Assembly (NCBI GenBank): GCA_964543335.1
Contig: CAZIXS010000001.1
Coordinates: 2,903 to 66,902, forward strand
Source of the DNA: an uncultured Phycisphaeraceae bacterium
GTDB taxonomy: Bacteria; Planctomycetota; Phycisphaerae; Phycisphaerales; UBA1924
Direction of reading: 5' to 3'
Length of the DNA: 64,000 nt
Shown piece by piece: positions 47,126 through 56,023 of this stretch. The position numbers and the translations under genes were made by a program. Numbering within the stretch: the first letter of the stretch is position 1; each line of letters begins with the position of its first letter. The notes under the pieces are model-generated. The model saw only the letters and a list, made by a program, of their open reading frames with translations. It had not been told where the DNA came from and did no database searches.

Positions 47126-47181
47126 CCGGATCACTGGTGCCATTTCGGTCACCTTCGGGCTGGTTGCCGACCCGAGTCGGA

Positions 47182-47652
47182 TCAGTAGCTCACGTACGGT
47201 GTGCCGCTGGCGTCAACCACGGTGTTGGCGTAGTTGGCGCGGATCTCGCCGGTGGTTTCGTTGTAGAACCAGGCGGAGCCGTCTTCGGCGGTGTTGGAAA
47301 CCGTGTTCAACCCCTTCGCCGGCCCGAGCTTGATCGAGGGGATCTCGCGGATGTAGGGGCCGTAGATGTGCGTGGTGTCCTTGCTGGCATTCGTGTTGCC
47401 AGCAGCATCGGAGAAGGTCGTCAGCTGGGCTTCGAAACTCGCAAAGGAGGGGAAGGCCCCGCCGTGCTCGGCCTGGTAAAGGTCGATCGCGGTCCGGAGC
47501 ACATTGAGGTCCGCGACCAGAGAGGAATCAGCGGCTCCGGTTGCGGCACGGCTCATGCGAGGAACCGCAATCGCGCCGATGATCCCGATGATCACGATGA
47601 CGATGACGAGTTCGATGAGACTGAAGCCACGGCGGCGGATGGACAAGTTCAT
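47182..47652 (-). CDS. gspG: Major pseudopilin/pilin (GspG-like)
   Basis: GGAGG SD. MNLSIRRRG|FSLIELVIVIVIIGIIGAIAVPRM. 156 aa; first gene after a terminator. Confidence 0.8.
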   Translation of the reverse strand: MNLSIRRRGFSLIELVIVIVIIGIIGAIAVPRMSRAATGAADSSLVADLNVLRTAIDLYQAEHGGAFPSFASFEAQLTTFSDAAGNTNASKDTTHIYGPYIREIPSIKLGPAKGLNTVSNTAEDGSAWFYNETTGEIRANYANTVVDASGTPYVSY

Positions 47653-47743
47653 GATTGCCTCCAAACGGTTGATACGGTCCGGATGCTTGGCCGCATCCCT
47701 ATCTGATGGCATCGGGACAACTTGTGCGTTGCTGAAGCGCAAA

Positions 47744-47772
47744 TGAAAACCCACCCCATCGATGGGGTGGGT
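47744..47772 (-). terminator. Intrinsic terminator separating the platform operon from the pseudopilin operon
   Basis: 24-nt perfect palindrome ACCCACCCCATCGATGGGGTGGGT. On the minus strand it is followed by TTTTCATTT. Confidence 0.65.
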
Positions 47773-47795
47773 CTGTATGGCCTTTGAAGACTGGT

Positions 47796-48350
47796 TCAGC
47801 GGGGTGTGCTCAGGCGCACTTCGACCTCTTGGTCCGCATAACGGATCGTTGCGGTACGCGTGGAGACGGAAACCAGGGTGATTCCGTTTCGGGTTTGGCC
47901 GACCCGGATCGGGGTCCCGTTGATGACGGCCATCGGTTCGCCCATCGACGACGCGATGATCGAGGTGACCTCGAAAGAAGGAAGGTTCCGGGGCGCGGGT
48001 TCTGAGCCCTGGGAGTTCTCCGCATCGCCTTGCGGTACCGGAATCAGGTCCGGTTCGGTTTCCTGCTGTGCCGCGAGGATCTCAGGTAAACGGAAGGCAT
48101 CGCGGTCTGGTGACTCCTGAGCGATGACTTCGCGCAGTGTTTCCATCACGCTTGCCACTTCGATCGCGGGAGCGGTGCTGGGATTTTTCTGCTGAGGCGC
48201 GGTCTGGGTTTGGCCAGATGCCGGTCCGGTCGCGGATTGGGCGTTGGCATCGCTCCCGCCCGAGAACAGAAGGCCTCGGTCGATCGCCAGTGCGGCGAGG
48301 GCGATGCCGAGCAGACCGAGCTTCTTCTTGGCGGAAGGTTTCAGTGCCAT
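47796..48350 (-). CDS. GspB/PilP-like assembly protein
   Basis: N-terminal TM anchor (LGLLGIALAALAI), a low-complexity linker, and a C-terminal beta domain (MAVINGTPIRVGQTRNGITLVSVSTRTATIRYADQEVEVRL) resembling T2SS-B/PilP. Confidence 0.5.
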   Translation of the reverse strand: MALKPSAKKKLGLLGIALAALAIDRGLLFSGGSDANAQSATGPASGQTQTAPQQKNPSTAPAIEVASVMETLREVIAQESPDRDAFRLPEILAAQQETEPDLIPVPQGDAENSQGSEPAPRNLPSFEVTSIIASSMGEPMAVINGTPIRVGQTRNGITLVSVSTRTATIRYADQEVEVRLSTPR

Positions 48351-48411
48351 ACCGCAACCTTCAGTTTCGTCGCGGCGGGTTGCAAGATCGGCGGGCAGAA
48401 TATTTGCCGGA

Positions 48412-48960
48412 TCAACCGGCAGAATCGATACACCACGCGAGCTGGAACTCGAAGCTCGGTTCCTGATCGGTTCGGGAGAGTGTTCGCCCGATCGTGAAGG
48501 AACGGATCCGCACATCCGGGAACTCCTCGCGGAGTGCCGAAAGGGTGCGATCGAAGTCCTCGAAGCTGCATGTCCCGGACATGATGATCGGGACAATCGA
48601 GATCGGTTTGCCCGGCTCGACGCGGCCCGCACGGATCTGATTGAGTTTCAGTTTCTGGCGCTCGGCAAAGGTCGCGAGGTCACCGATGATCTCGTTGCGG
48701 TCATCGAGTGGGCGTAGCCTGATTTCATTCTGGCGGAGTTCCGCTTCCGCGTTCTCGGCGATCTGACGCATCCTGCGACTGCTTTCTTCGGCGGTGTCGA
48801 GTTCGGTGCGCATCGTCTGTAGTGTCGCCTGGTCGTTGCCGAGGCGCTCTTTGGCTTGGAGAGCGGGCGCGACGCCGAGCATGTAGCCGATGCCGAGCAT
48901 GAGCAGACCGACCCCCGCACCCACCGCATGGATGACAACGCATGGTTGTTCGGATTTCAT
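48412..48960 (-). CDS. PilO-like inner-membrane assembly protein
   Basis: TM helix plus coiled coil plus C-terminal domain; position after the PilN-like gene; ATGA overlap. Confidence 0.55.
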   Translation of the reverse strand: MKSEQPCVVIHAVGAGVGLLMLGIGYMLGVAPALQAKERLGNDQATLQTMRTELDTAEESSRRMRQIAENAEAELRQNEIRLRPLDDRNEIIGDLATFAERQKLKLNQIRAGRVEPGKPISIVPIIMSGTCSFEDFDRTLSALREEFPDVRIRSFTIGRTLSRTDQEPSFEFQLAWCIDSAG

Positions 48961-49538
48961 GGCGTGCTCCCTTCCCAGCCGTTTCCGACGCGGCAAAGCA
49001 GTTCGAACGCGAAGAACTCGTGGTCTCGGATGGGCCTGCGCTGGGCGGATGCCGTTTCGACTCGTACGAAGGCTCCGGTTTGTTCGAGGCGCATCACAAA
49101 GTCCGTCACGGCGGCTCGGCTGGTCCCGACTCCGGTCAGGGTGAGCGTCGCGCGGGATTGCGCCTCAGCGCTGCGTACGGGTTCCAGAGCGATCCGCTCC
49201 AGGGCGACCTGGTCGCCGAGCTCCGCGGAGACCACAGGGAGCAGCACACTCCAGTCTGGGTTGGCGCGCACAGCCCTGGTGATGGCCAGGCGCGCGTTCA
49301 CCCGGTCGATGACGGCTTTGCTCTGTGCTGCGCTGGATTGCGCGGCGGTGGTCCGCAGAAGGAGAGCGGATCGGGTTGATTCAAAGTCGGAGTCGATGTG
49401 GGAGAGCGCCGCTGCGAGGGTGCAGGCGCCGGCGATCGTGGCGGTCCAGATCGCCAGTCCGCCTGTCCAGGCGGTGATGCAGTTGGCCTTGCGGTACTCG
49501 AGCTTGCGGCTGTCCGAGATCAGGTTGATCGCTTTCAT
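48957..49538 (-). CDS. PilN-like inner-membrane assembly protein
   Basis: MKAINLI.. N-terminus typical of PilN, and a single TM. TGATG overlap with the PilM-like gene. Confidence 0.55.
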   Translation of the reverse strand: MKAINLISDSRKLEYRKANCITAWTGGLAIWTATIAGACTLAAALSHIDSDFESTRSALLLRTTAAQSSAAQSKAVIDRVNARLAITRAVRANPDWSVLLPVVSAELGDQVALERIALEPVRSAEAQSRATLTLTGVGTSRAAVTDFVMRLEQTGAFVRVETASAQRRPIRDHEFFAFELLCRVGNGWEGSTP

Positions 49539-50560
49539 CACGCGGCCTCCGATCGCCACTTGGCCAGGCCGAGCGCGGTCATGCCTTCGCCGGGAACCGG
49601 TCGATGAGCCAGTGGCTCTCGCATCGTCGCGATCTCGCTGAGATGTGGTGCGACGAACTCACATTCGAGTGAATTGGCCATATGCTCGGCGAGTCCGGGT
49701 ATACATGCACCAGCGCCGACGAGGTACACCCGGTCGATCGCGGCGTTTTCGTATCGGCTCGACGCGTACGCCGCGGAGTGAGCGATTTCTTCCAAGAATG
49801 GTTCAAGAGTCTGCGCGATCGCATCGGCGAGCAGTGTGCTTTCTCCGGGCAGCATGCCCTGCTCGGTGATCAGGCGAGCCACGGCGTGAATCGGCAGACG
49901 CAGCAGTTTGCTCACCGCGGCACGGAGCCTGCGGAGCGTCATGTCCCCGAGCGATCGCTCGAACACCAGAGTGCCTCGATGGATCACCGTAAGGATCGCC
50001 GCGGATTCACCGAACTCCAGGATTGCCTTGGTTCCCTGCTGGTCCAGATCGATCGCACGCAGGGTGGCAAGCCCGGCGGAGTCGATCGCGATCGGTTCGA
50101 GCCCGGCTTGGTCGCAGGTATCGCAGAGTGCATCGCTGTCCTGATTGAGACAGGTGATGGCCATGGTCTGGGCCGCGGCGTTCGCCCTCGCACTGGGCGG
50201 GAGTTCCCAGATGCCAAAGCTGAATGTGCCCGGAGTCAGGCGATGAATGCGCGCGAGCTCGGCCATGGCGAGTTTCTGGATCGGTGCGCCGGATGATGCG
50301 GGCGGGAGCTCGATGGTCGTGGTGCGGACCATGCTCCTGGGAGCCGACAGAACCACGCGGTTGCCACGGAATCCCTGTCGATCGAGAACCGTGCGGATTC
50401 GCCGGGCTTCCATCTCGCTCAAGGTTGAGTCCGGTTCGCGTCGGTCAAAGGAGGCAAAGGCTCGGATGCGCCCGAGGCCGTCGAGCTGCGTGGCGACGAC
50501 ACGGTAGGGCCCGATGTCCAGACCGATCGGGCTGCATCCGACGGAGATCCTGTTTCTCAT
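49538..50560 (-). CDS. pilM: PilM-like actin-fold assembly ATPase-like protein
   Basis: IGLDIGPYRV.., C-terminal VYLVGAGACIPGL; 340 aa; position between gspF and pilN-like. Confidence 0.65.
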   Translation of the reverse strand: MRNRISVGCSPIGLDIGPYRVVATQLDGLGRIRAFASFDRREPDSTLSEMEARRIRTVLDRQGFRGNRVVLSAPRSMVRTTTIELPPASSGAPIQKLAMAELARIHRLTPGTFSFGIWELPPSARANAAAQTMAITCLNQDSDALCDTCDQAGLEPIAIDSAGLATLRAIDLDQQGTKAILEFGESAAILTVIHRGTLVFERSLGDMTLRRLRAAVSKLLRLPIHAVARLITEQGMLPGESTLLADAIAQTLEPFLEEIAHSAAYASSRYENAAIDRVYLVGAGACIPGLAEHMANSLECEFVAPHLSEIATMREPLAHRPVPGEGMTALGLAKWRSEAA

Positions 50561-51798
50561 GGCGTGGGCCCTCCCTGTGCCGCGCTGCTCAGGTCGAACA
50601 GAGGCAGGAACATGCTGATCGCGACGAATCCGACAAGCAGTCCGAGCACGATGAGAATGATCGGTTCGATGATGCTGGTGAGCGACCGCATGACGACTTC
50701 GTTGTCCTCGTCGAGGAAGTCCGAGACTCCGATGAGGACTTCGCCGACGCGGCCGGATTGTTCGCCGTTGCGTACGGCTTCGCTGACGGAGATCGGCACG
50801 AGGTCGGAGTTGCAGAACACAGTGCTGATGGAATCGCCTTTGGTCACGGCGTTCTCGGCCCGCTCGATCAGTTTGGCGTAGCAGTGGCTCTTGGTGCTCT
50901 TTCGGGTGAGTTCGAGCGCGTCGAGCAGCGGGACCTGGCTCTGGACCAGGACGCCGAGAAGGCGGGTGGTCTGCGCGATCAGAAAACTCCGGACGAGCTT
51001 GCCGAAAATCGGTGCGTTGACCATCGTTCGGTCGAGCCAGATGCGTCCGGAAGCGGTCTTCAGGACGAATACAACTCCTCCGATCAACGCGAGGAGGCCG
51101 ACGATCAGGGCTGGCCAGTTTCCGCGTGCGAAGTCGCTCAGCGCCATCAGCATCTTGGTGGTTGCCGGCAAGGGTGTATCGAGACTCTCAAACATCTCAG
51201 CGAATCTGGGCAGCACGAAGCCGATCATCAGCGAGAGCACGCCGACGGAGACGCTGATGAGCAGCGAAGGGTAGACCATCGCACCGAGTACCGCGCTGCG
51301 GAGCTTCTGGCGCTGGCGTGTGAGCCGCGAAAGTCGCTCGAGCATGACTTCGAGCTTACCGCCGGTTTCGCCGGCGTGGATCAGGCTGATCGCGATCGTG
51401 TCGAAAGACTGGGGGTGCTCGGCCATGGCTTCCGAGAGCGGTGAGCCCTCTTCCACCTGTTCGCGAACCTCGGTGACCACTTTCTTCCAGCGCTCGTCCT
51501 TGACCTGTCGCTCGACGGCTTCGAGAGCGTCGACCAGCGGTGTGCCGGTGGAGACGAGGATAGAGAGCTGACGCGTGAACATCGCGAGATTGGCGGTTCT
51601 GTTCGAGCCCAGCGAGATTTTGAACCCGTTGGATTTGGTCTGACTTGCTCCGGACTGGACCATGGCCGCTTCGCGGATGGCCGTCACGAACAGGCCCTGA
51701 TGGCGCAGCAGTTCCGTGGCCTCCGCGGCGGAGGTTGCCTCGATGGAGCCGTCGGCCTTGCCCCCGTTGCCCTTGAATGCTTCGTAGGCAAACCTCAT
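50557..51798 (-). CDS. gspF: Type II secretion / type IV pilus platform protein F (GspF/PilC)
   Basis: Two T2SSF repeats, three TM segments, 413 aa. Overlaps gspE and pilM by 4 nt. Confidence 0.88.
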   Translation of the reverse strand: MRFAYEAFKGNGGKADGSIEATSAAEATELLRHQGLFVTAIREAAMVQSGASQTKSNGFKISLGSNRTANLAMFTRQLSILVSTGTPLVDALEAVERQVKDERWKKVVTEVREQVEEGSPLSEAMAEHPQSFDTIAISLIHAGETGGKLEVMLERLSRLTRQRQKLRSAVLGAMVYPSLLISVSVGVLSLMIGFVLPRFAEMFESLDTPLPATTKMLMALSDFARGNWPALIVGLLALIGGVVFVLKTASGRIWLDRTMVNAPIFGKLVRSFLIAQTTRLLGVLVQSQVPLLDALELTRKSTKSHCYAKLIERAENAVTKGDSISTVFCNSDLVPISVSEAVRNGEQSGRVGEVLIGVSDFLDEDNEVVMRSLTSIIEPIILIVLGLLVGFVAISMFLPLFDLSSAAQGGPTP

Positions 51799-53588
51799 GC
51801 GGCCTGAGCCTCCCCGCTCGGATCGTCATCCGTGACGAGCGCGGGTGCGACCGGCGGCGCAGTCAGCGGTTCCTCGGCTTCCATCTCGTCAACGCTGGTG
51901 ACGCGCAGGATTTCTTCGAGGCTGGTCTTGCCGGCGAGGGCGAGTTTGACTCCTTCTTCGCGAAGGGTGAGCCCGCCCGATTCGCGATGCATGGCGCGGA
52001 TCGTGTGCGTCGGCTCTTTGTGGTAGATCGCGCGCCTGAGGTCCCCATCGACCTCCATCACCTCGTAGATGCCAAGGCGCCCGGAGAAGCCGGTGTCGTG
52101 GCATTGGGAGCAGCCGTTGCCGCGCGACAGGACGTACCGGGATTTCGTATCGAGCCCGGCGTCGGCCAGGGCTTCCTCGCTCGGTGTGTACTTGGCGATG
52201 CAGCTCTGGCAGATCGTACGAGCCAGACGCTGGGCGGCGACGCCGTTGAGCGCACTGGAGATCAGGTACGCTTCGATGCCCATATCCTGCAATCGCGCGA
52301 CGGCACCCGGCGCATCGTTGGTGTGGAGTGTGGCGAGCACGAGGTGGCCGGTGAGCGAGGCCTGCACCGCGACGCGTGCGGTATCCTCGTCTCGGATTTC
52401 ACCGACCATGATGACATCGGGGTCCTGTCGCAGGATGCTGCGCAGCGCGCGGGAGAAGGTCAGGCCGAGCTGCTCCTGGACCTGGATCTGGTTGATGAGA
52501 TCGAGCTGGTATTCCACCGGATCTTCGACGGTCACGATGTTCACTTCAGGGCTGCGGAGCAGATCGAGCGCGGAGTACAGCGTGGTGGTCTTGCCGGAAC
52601 CGGTAGGTCCGGTCACCAGCACGAGACCGTAGGGGCGTGTGAGTACTCGCTTGAATTTGACAAGGGTTTCGGCTCGAAAGCCGAGATCCTCCAGGCGAAC
52701 GCTCAGGTTCTCCTTGTCGAGGATACGCACCACCAGCTTCTCGCCCAAGAGCGTCGGCATCGAGCTGACACGCAGGTCGATTTCGCGTCCCTCGGCAACG
52801 ATCTTGACCCGTCCCTCCTGCGGCAGCCGCTTCTCGGCGATGTCCATCTTCCCGATGACCTTGATGCGGGAGACGATCGCGGCGTGCATGCCCTGGGGCG
52901 GACGCATCAGGTCGCGCAGCGAACCATCGATGCGATAGCGTATGCGGGTGCCACCCTTGCTGGGTTCGATATGGATGTCGCTCGCTCCGTCACGGACCGC
53001 GCTCAGGAGGGCCACATTGACCAGGTTCACGATCGGGCTGCCGGCCACCATCGTGTCGAGGTCGGTGGTCGGCCCGTCGTCGTGGGATTCACGCTCGATG
53101 ACTTCGACATCCGATTCGGCGATCGACGCGAGGAACTCGTCGACATCGATGTTCTCGCCGGCGTACTTGCGCACGAATTCGAGGATGTTGTCCTCGAGCG
53201 CCAGCACGGGCCGGATCTTCATCTGCGTGATCTGCTTGAGGCGATCGATCGTCGGCAGGCTGTTGGGCTCGGCCATCGCGACCGTCAGCGTGTCCCGCAC
53301 GCGGAACATCGGGATGACCTTCAGGCGTTCGCACTCTTCCTGGCCGATGAGCGTGAGCAGCGCGGGGTCGATCAGGCCGTGGCGCAGGTTGCATCCGGTG
53401 ACGCCATGCGACTTGGCGAGCGCCTGGACCAGCGACGCGTTCGTGACCACGCCCCGATCGACGAGCAATTTGCCCAGCATCTCGCCGGAGGCTCTTTGGT
53501 CGGCCAGAGCCTTATCCAGTTCGTCCTTCGTGAGCATACCCTCGTCGAGCAGGACTTCTCCGATGCGCAGTCGTTTTGGCTGCCTCAT
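51795..53588 (-). CDS. gspE: GspE/PilB/MshE-type secretion ATPase with N-terminal MshEN domain
   Basis: Walker A GPTGSGKTTT, IMVGEIRD, VLATLHTND, Cys4 (CQSC..CSQC). N-terminal T2SSE_N domain with a tandem 24-aa motif. Confidence 0.92.
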   Translation of the reverse strand: MRQPKRLRIGEVLLDEGMLTKDELDKALADQRASGEMLGKLLVDRGVVTNASLVQALAKSHGVTGCNLRHGLIDPALLTLIGQEECERLKVIPMFRVRDTLTVAMAEPNSLPTIDRLKQITQMKIRPVLALEDNILEFVRKYAGENIDVDEFLASIAESDVEVIERESHDDGPTTDLDTMVAGSPIVNLVNVALLSAVRDGASDIHIEPSKGGTRIRYRIDGSLRDLMRPPQGMHAAIVSRIKVIGKMDIAEKRLPQEGRVKIVAEGREIDLRVSSMPTLLGEKLVVRILDKENLSVRLEDLGFRAETLVKFKRVLTRPYGLVLVTGPTGSGKTTTLYSALDLLRSPEVNIVTVEDPVEYQLDLINQIQVQEQLGLTFSRALRSILRQDPDVIMVGEIRDEDTARVAVQASLTGHLVLATLHTNDAPGAVARLQDMGIEAYLISSALNGVAAQRLARTICQSCIAKYTPSEEALADAGLDTKSRYVLSRGNGCSQCHDTGFSGRLGIYEVMEVDGDLRRAIYHKEPTHTIRAMHRESGGLTLREEGVKLALAGKTSLEEILRVTSVDEMEAEEPLTAPPVAPALVTDDDPSGEAQAA

Positions 53589-53920
53589 AGGAAGCTCCTT
53601 ACGGCACTGCCGACATCTTCGAAGTGCTCGAAGAGTCGATCGAGGTTCGTCAGGACGAACACTTCGCGGACGGTTTCCGTGGTCGAGCAGATCCGCAGCG
53701 GCTGCCCGGCTTTGCTCATCTCGTCGCTGAGATCGTTGAGGGCTTCCAGGCCTTTGCTGTCCACATACGGGATGCTGCAGGCGTCGATGACCAGGCGTCC
53801 GAAACTGGATCGCAGGGTGCTCTGCGTGCGCGTGCGGAACAGTTCGGCGTCCTCGCCGACCAAGGGGCCCTCGGGCTTGAGGACCGTCACGGCGCCGTGC
53901 TGGTACTGCTGGATCTGCAT
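53585..53920 (-). CDS. STAS-domain protein (anti-sigma-factor-antagonist-like)
   Basis: 111 aa. VDSKGLEAL motif with the conserved Ser. ATGA overlap with the gspE start. Confidence 0.8.
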   Translation of the reverse strand: MQIQQYQHGAVTVLKPEGPLVGEDAELFRTRTQSTLRSSFGRLVIDACSIPYVDSKGLEALNDLSDEMSKAGQPLRICSTTETVREVFVLTNLDRLFEHFEDVGSAVRSFL

Positions 53921-53932
53921 GCTCGGGTCCCT

Positions 53933-55819
53933 TTACGCGGCGGCCCGCATCGCAGCGGGGAGTGTCAGTGTGAAGGTGCTGCCCTTGCCGATCTGCGAAT
54001 CCAGCGTGATGTCCCCGCCGTGCAGACGCACGATTTCTCTGGCGAGGGCGAGACCGAGACCGCTCCCGGTGATGGAGTCCACCCGCTTGTCGCTGGCCCG
54101 GTAGAACTTCTCGAACACGCGCTCGTGCTCGGACGGGTCGATCCCGATGCCGGAATCGATGAATTCGATCCGCAGTGTGCCGTTGTCCTCCTCGGCCTTC
54201 ACGGTCACTTCGCCCTTGGCTGGTGTGTACTTGATGGCGTTTCCGAGCAGGTTGTGCATCGCGATGGCGACTTTGTCTCGGTCACCGGAGAACACCGGCA
54301 GCTTGGGCGCAAGATCGAACACGAGCTTGATCTGCTTGTCTTCGGCGGCGGCCTCGTAGTCGTTCTTGAGGTCCTCGAGCAGCTTCTCGGTGCGGATATC
54401 CGTGTGATTGAGGCGGATCGACCCCGCCTCGATTTCGGAGACGCTCAGCATGTCGCCGACGATGCGTTCGAGACGCTGCGATTCCTGGTTGATAATGTTG
54501 AGTGCCTTGTCGCGCAGCGAAGGGTCGTCGTCTCCGGATTCGATCGCCTCTTCGATGTAGAGACGGATATTGGTCAGGGGCGTGCGCAGTTCGTGCGTGG
54601 CCTGAGCCACGAACGAGTGCATCGCGTCGTCGGCGACCCGCTTCTGCGTGACATCCTCAATCGTGACCAGCGCGCAGCCTTGAGGAATTCCCGACAGAGT
54701 TCCAACACGGATCCGCAGGTACGCGGTGGATTCTTCGCGCTTGCGTTCCACTTCATAGGTCGAGCGACCGAGTCCGCTTCCTGACGCGATCGCGACAACC
54801 GCCTCGAGCAGGTGATCGTCTTCGATGACTTCGCGGAAGTCCTTGCCTGGCAGATCTTCTCGCAGCATGCCCAGCAGCACCGCCGCCGCCCCGTTCGCGT
54901 AGCGGATCGATGAGTCTTCGCCTACGAGGAGCATCCCGGTCCAGAGTGTGTCGCACGCCGCGGCCAGTTCCGACAGGTTCCCGCCGGTTTCACCGTCCGT
55001 CACGGTCGTCAGCTGTTCATCAGCCGACGAGGTGAGTTCATCGCGCCGGTCTTCCAGCAGCGTGTTCCAGATATTCGCCTCGTCACCCCAGGCATCGCTG
55101 ACGCGAAGCGCATCAGGCGAGCGTTCACCGTCGCAGTAGGACCTTAGGGCAGAGCCGATCGCGCCGAGCGCCTTCAGACGCTGCCGGAAATCTCGGTAGA
55201 CGATCCAGAGCACACCGACACCAACCGCGACGATGCCCAGCACGCCGAGATAGGGAGCCAGTGGTACGGATTCGGCGTTCTGCGATCCCTCAAGGCGCAG
55301 CAGCGCTTCACCTCGATCACCCACTCGGAGAACAACCGCGTCGGGTACTCCGAACCGATCGATGGCGATCGAAGCGACCTGTGCGCTGTCGAGTGTTCCA
55401 AGTTCTTCGGGCAGCGTGTTGATGGTGATACGGTCCGGGGTCGTGTCGGCGATGATCTCGCCACCGGGCAGTTCCACACTCACTCGGCTGAGTTCGTGAG
55501 ACTGCTGCAACTCCGACATGGTCATCCGAAGTTGTGCCAGATCTCCGGTACGCAGGTGTTGCGTCGCGGTTCCGCCGAGCAGGGTTCCCAGCAAGCGGGT
55601 CTGGTGGCTTCTTGCGACCTGCTGTGACTCACTGGCCTGCATGTAGGCGATCCCAACCGCCATGGCGGCGCAGACCACGACGATCCCACTCAACGCGAGG
55701 CCAGCGACCGCGAAGGTTGATTCACCGCGCGGCAGCACCCTCTGGAACCGATGCAGGACTCTTTGGGCTTCTGGTCTCATAACTTCTGCTCGATGGAAGA
55801 TCGGGTCTCGGACCTGCAT
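53933..55819 (-). CDS. Membrane sensor histidine kinase (PAS, HisKA, HATPase_c)
   Basis: H-box FVAQATHELRTPLTNI, N-box LLGNAIKYT, G-boxes DSGIGI and GSGLGLALA. N-terminal TM segments. The start is uncertain (55819 or 55780). Confidence 0.88.
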   Translation of the reverse strand: MQVRDPIFHRAEVMRPEAQRVLHRFQRVLPRGESTFAVAGLALSGIVVVCAAMAVGIAYMQASESQQVARSHQTRLLGTLLGGTATQHLRTGDLAQLRMTMSELQQSHELSRVSVELPGGEIIADTTPDRITINTLPEELGTLDSAQVASIAIDRFGVPDAVVLRVGDRGEALLRLEGSQNAESVPLAPYLGVLGIVAVGVGVLWIVYRDFRQRLKALGAIGSALRSYCDGERSPDALRVSDAWGDEANIWNTLLEDRRDELTSSADEQLTTVTDGETGGNLSELAAACDTLWTGMLLVGEDSSIRYANGAAAVLLGMLREDLPGKDFREVIEDDHLLEAVVAIASGSGLGRSTYEVERKREESTAYLRIRVGTLSGIPQGCALVTIEDVTQKRVADDAMHSFVAQATHELRTPLTNIRLYIEEAIESGDDDPSLRDKALNIINQESQRLERIVGDMLSVSEIEAGSIRLNHTDIRTEKLLEDLKNDYEAAAEDKQIKLVFDLAPKLPVFSGDRDKVAIAMHNLLGNAIKYTPAKGEVTVKAEEDNGTLRIEFIDSGIGIDPSEHERVFEKFYRASDKRVDSITGSGLGLALAREIVRLHGGDITLDSQIGKGSTFTLTLPAAMRAAA

Positions 55820-56023
55820 GGCATCGGCCGATCACAAGCGCGAGTCGAGATAAACCAAGCACGGATGCGGCTCTTGAAGAGGGGTCGCGTCCGAAATCAG
55901 CCGATAACGCAAAGTGCAGCAACCCCAAGCAAAAATATGGGTTCAACCGGCACCGAGGCTGTAGTCTTGATGCGTGTGTGTTTGGCTCTGAGGATGCAGA
56001 GCAGAGGAATCAGGAGAAACCCG

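Noticed and set aside
51777-54104. 775-aa plus-strand ORF covering the gspE, STAS and HK 3' region
   Set aside because: This is a shadow ORF typical of GC-rich DNA. The translation is low-complexity (D/G/A/R/V-rich) with no motifs. The minus strand in the same interval encodes unmistakable Walker A, Asp-box and Cys4 motifs of GspE and a STAS domain.
55751-56023. 91-codon N-terminal extension of the S9 peptidase ORF
   Set aside because: The internal ATG at 56024 has an AGGAGA SD and is followed at once by a classical signal peptide. The upstream part has non-coding-like composition and would overlap the divergent HK promoter region.
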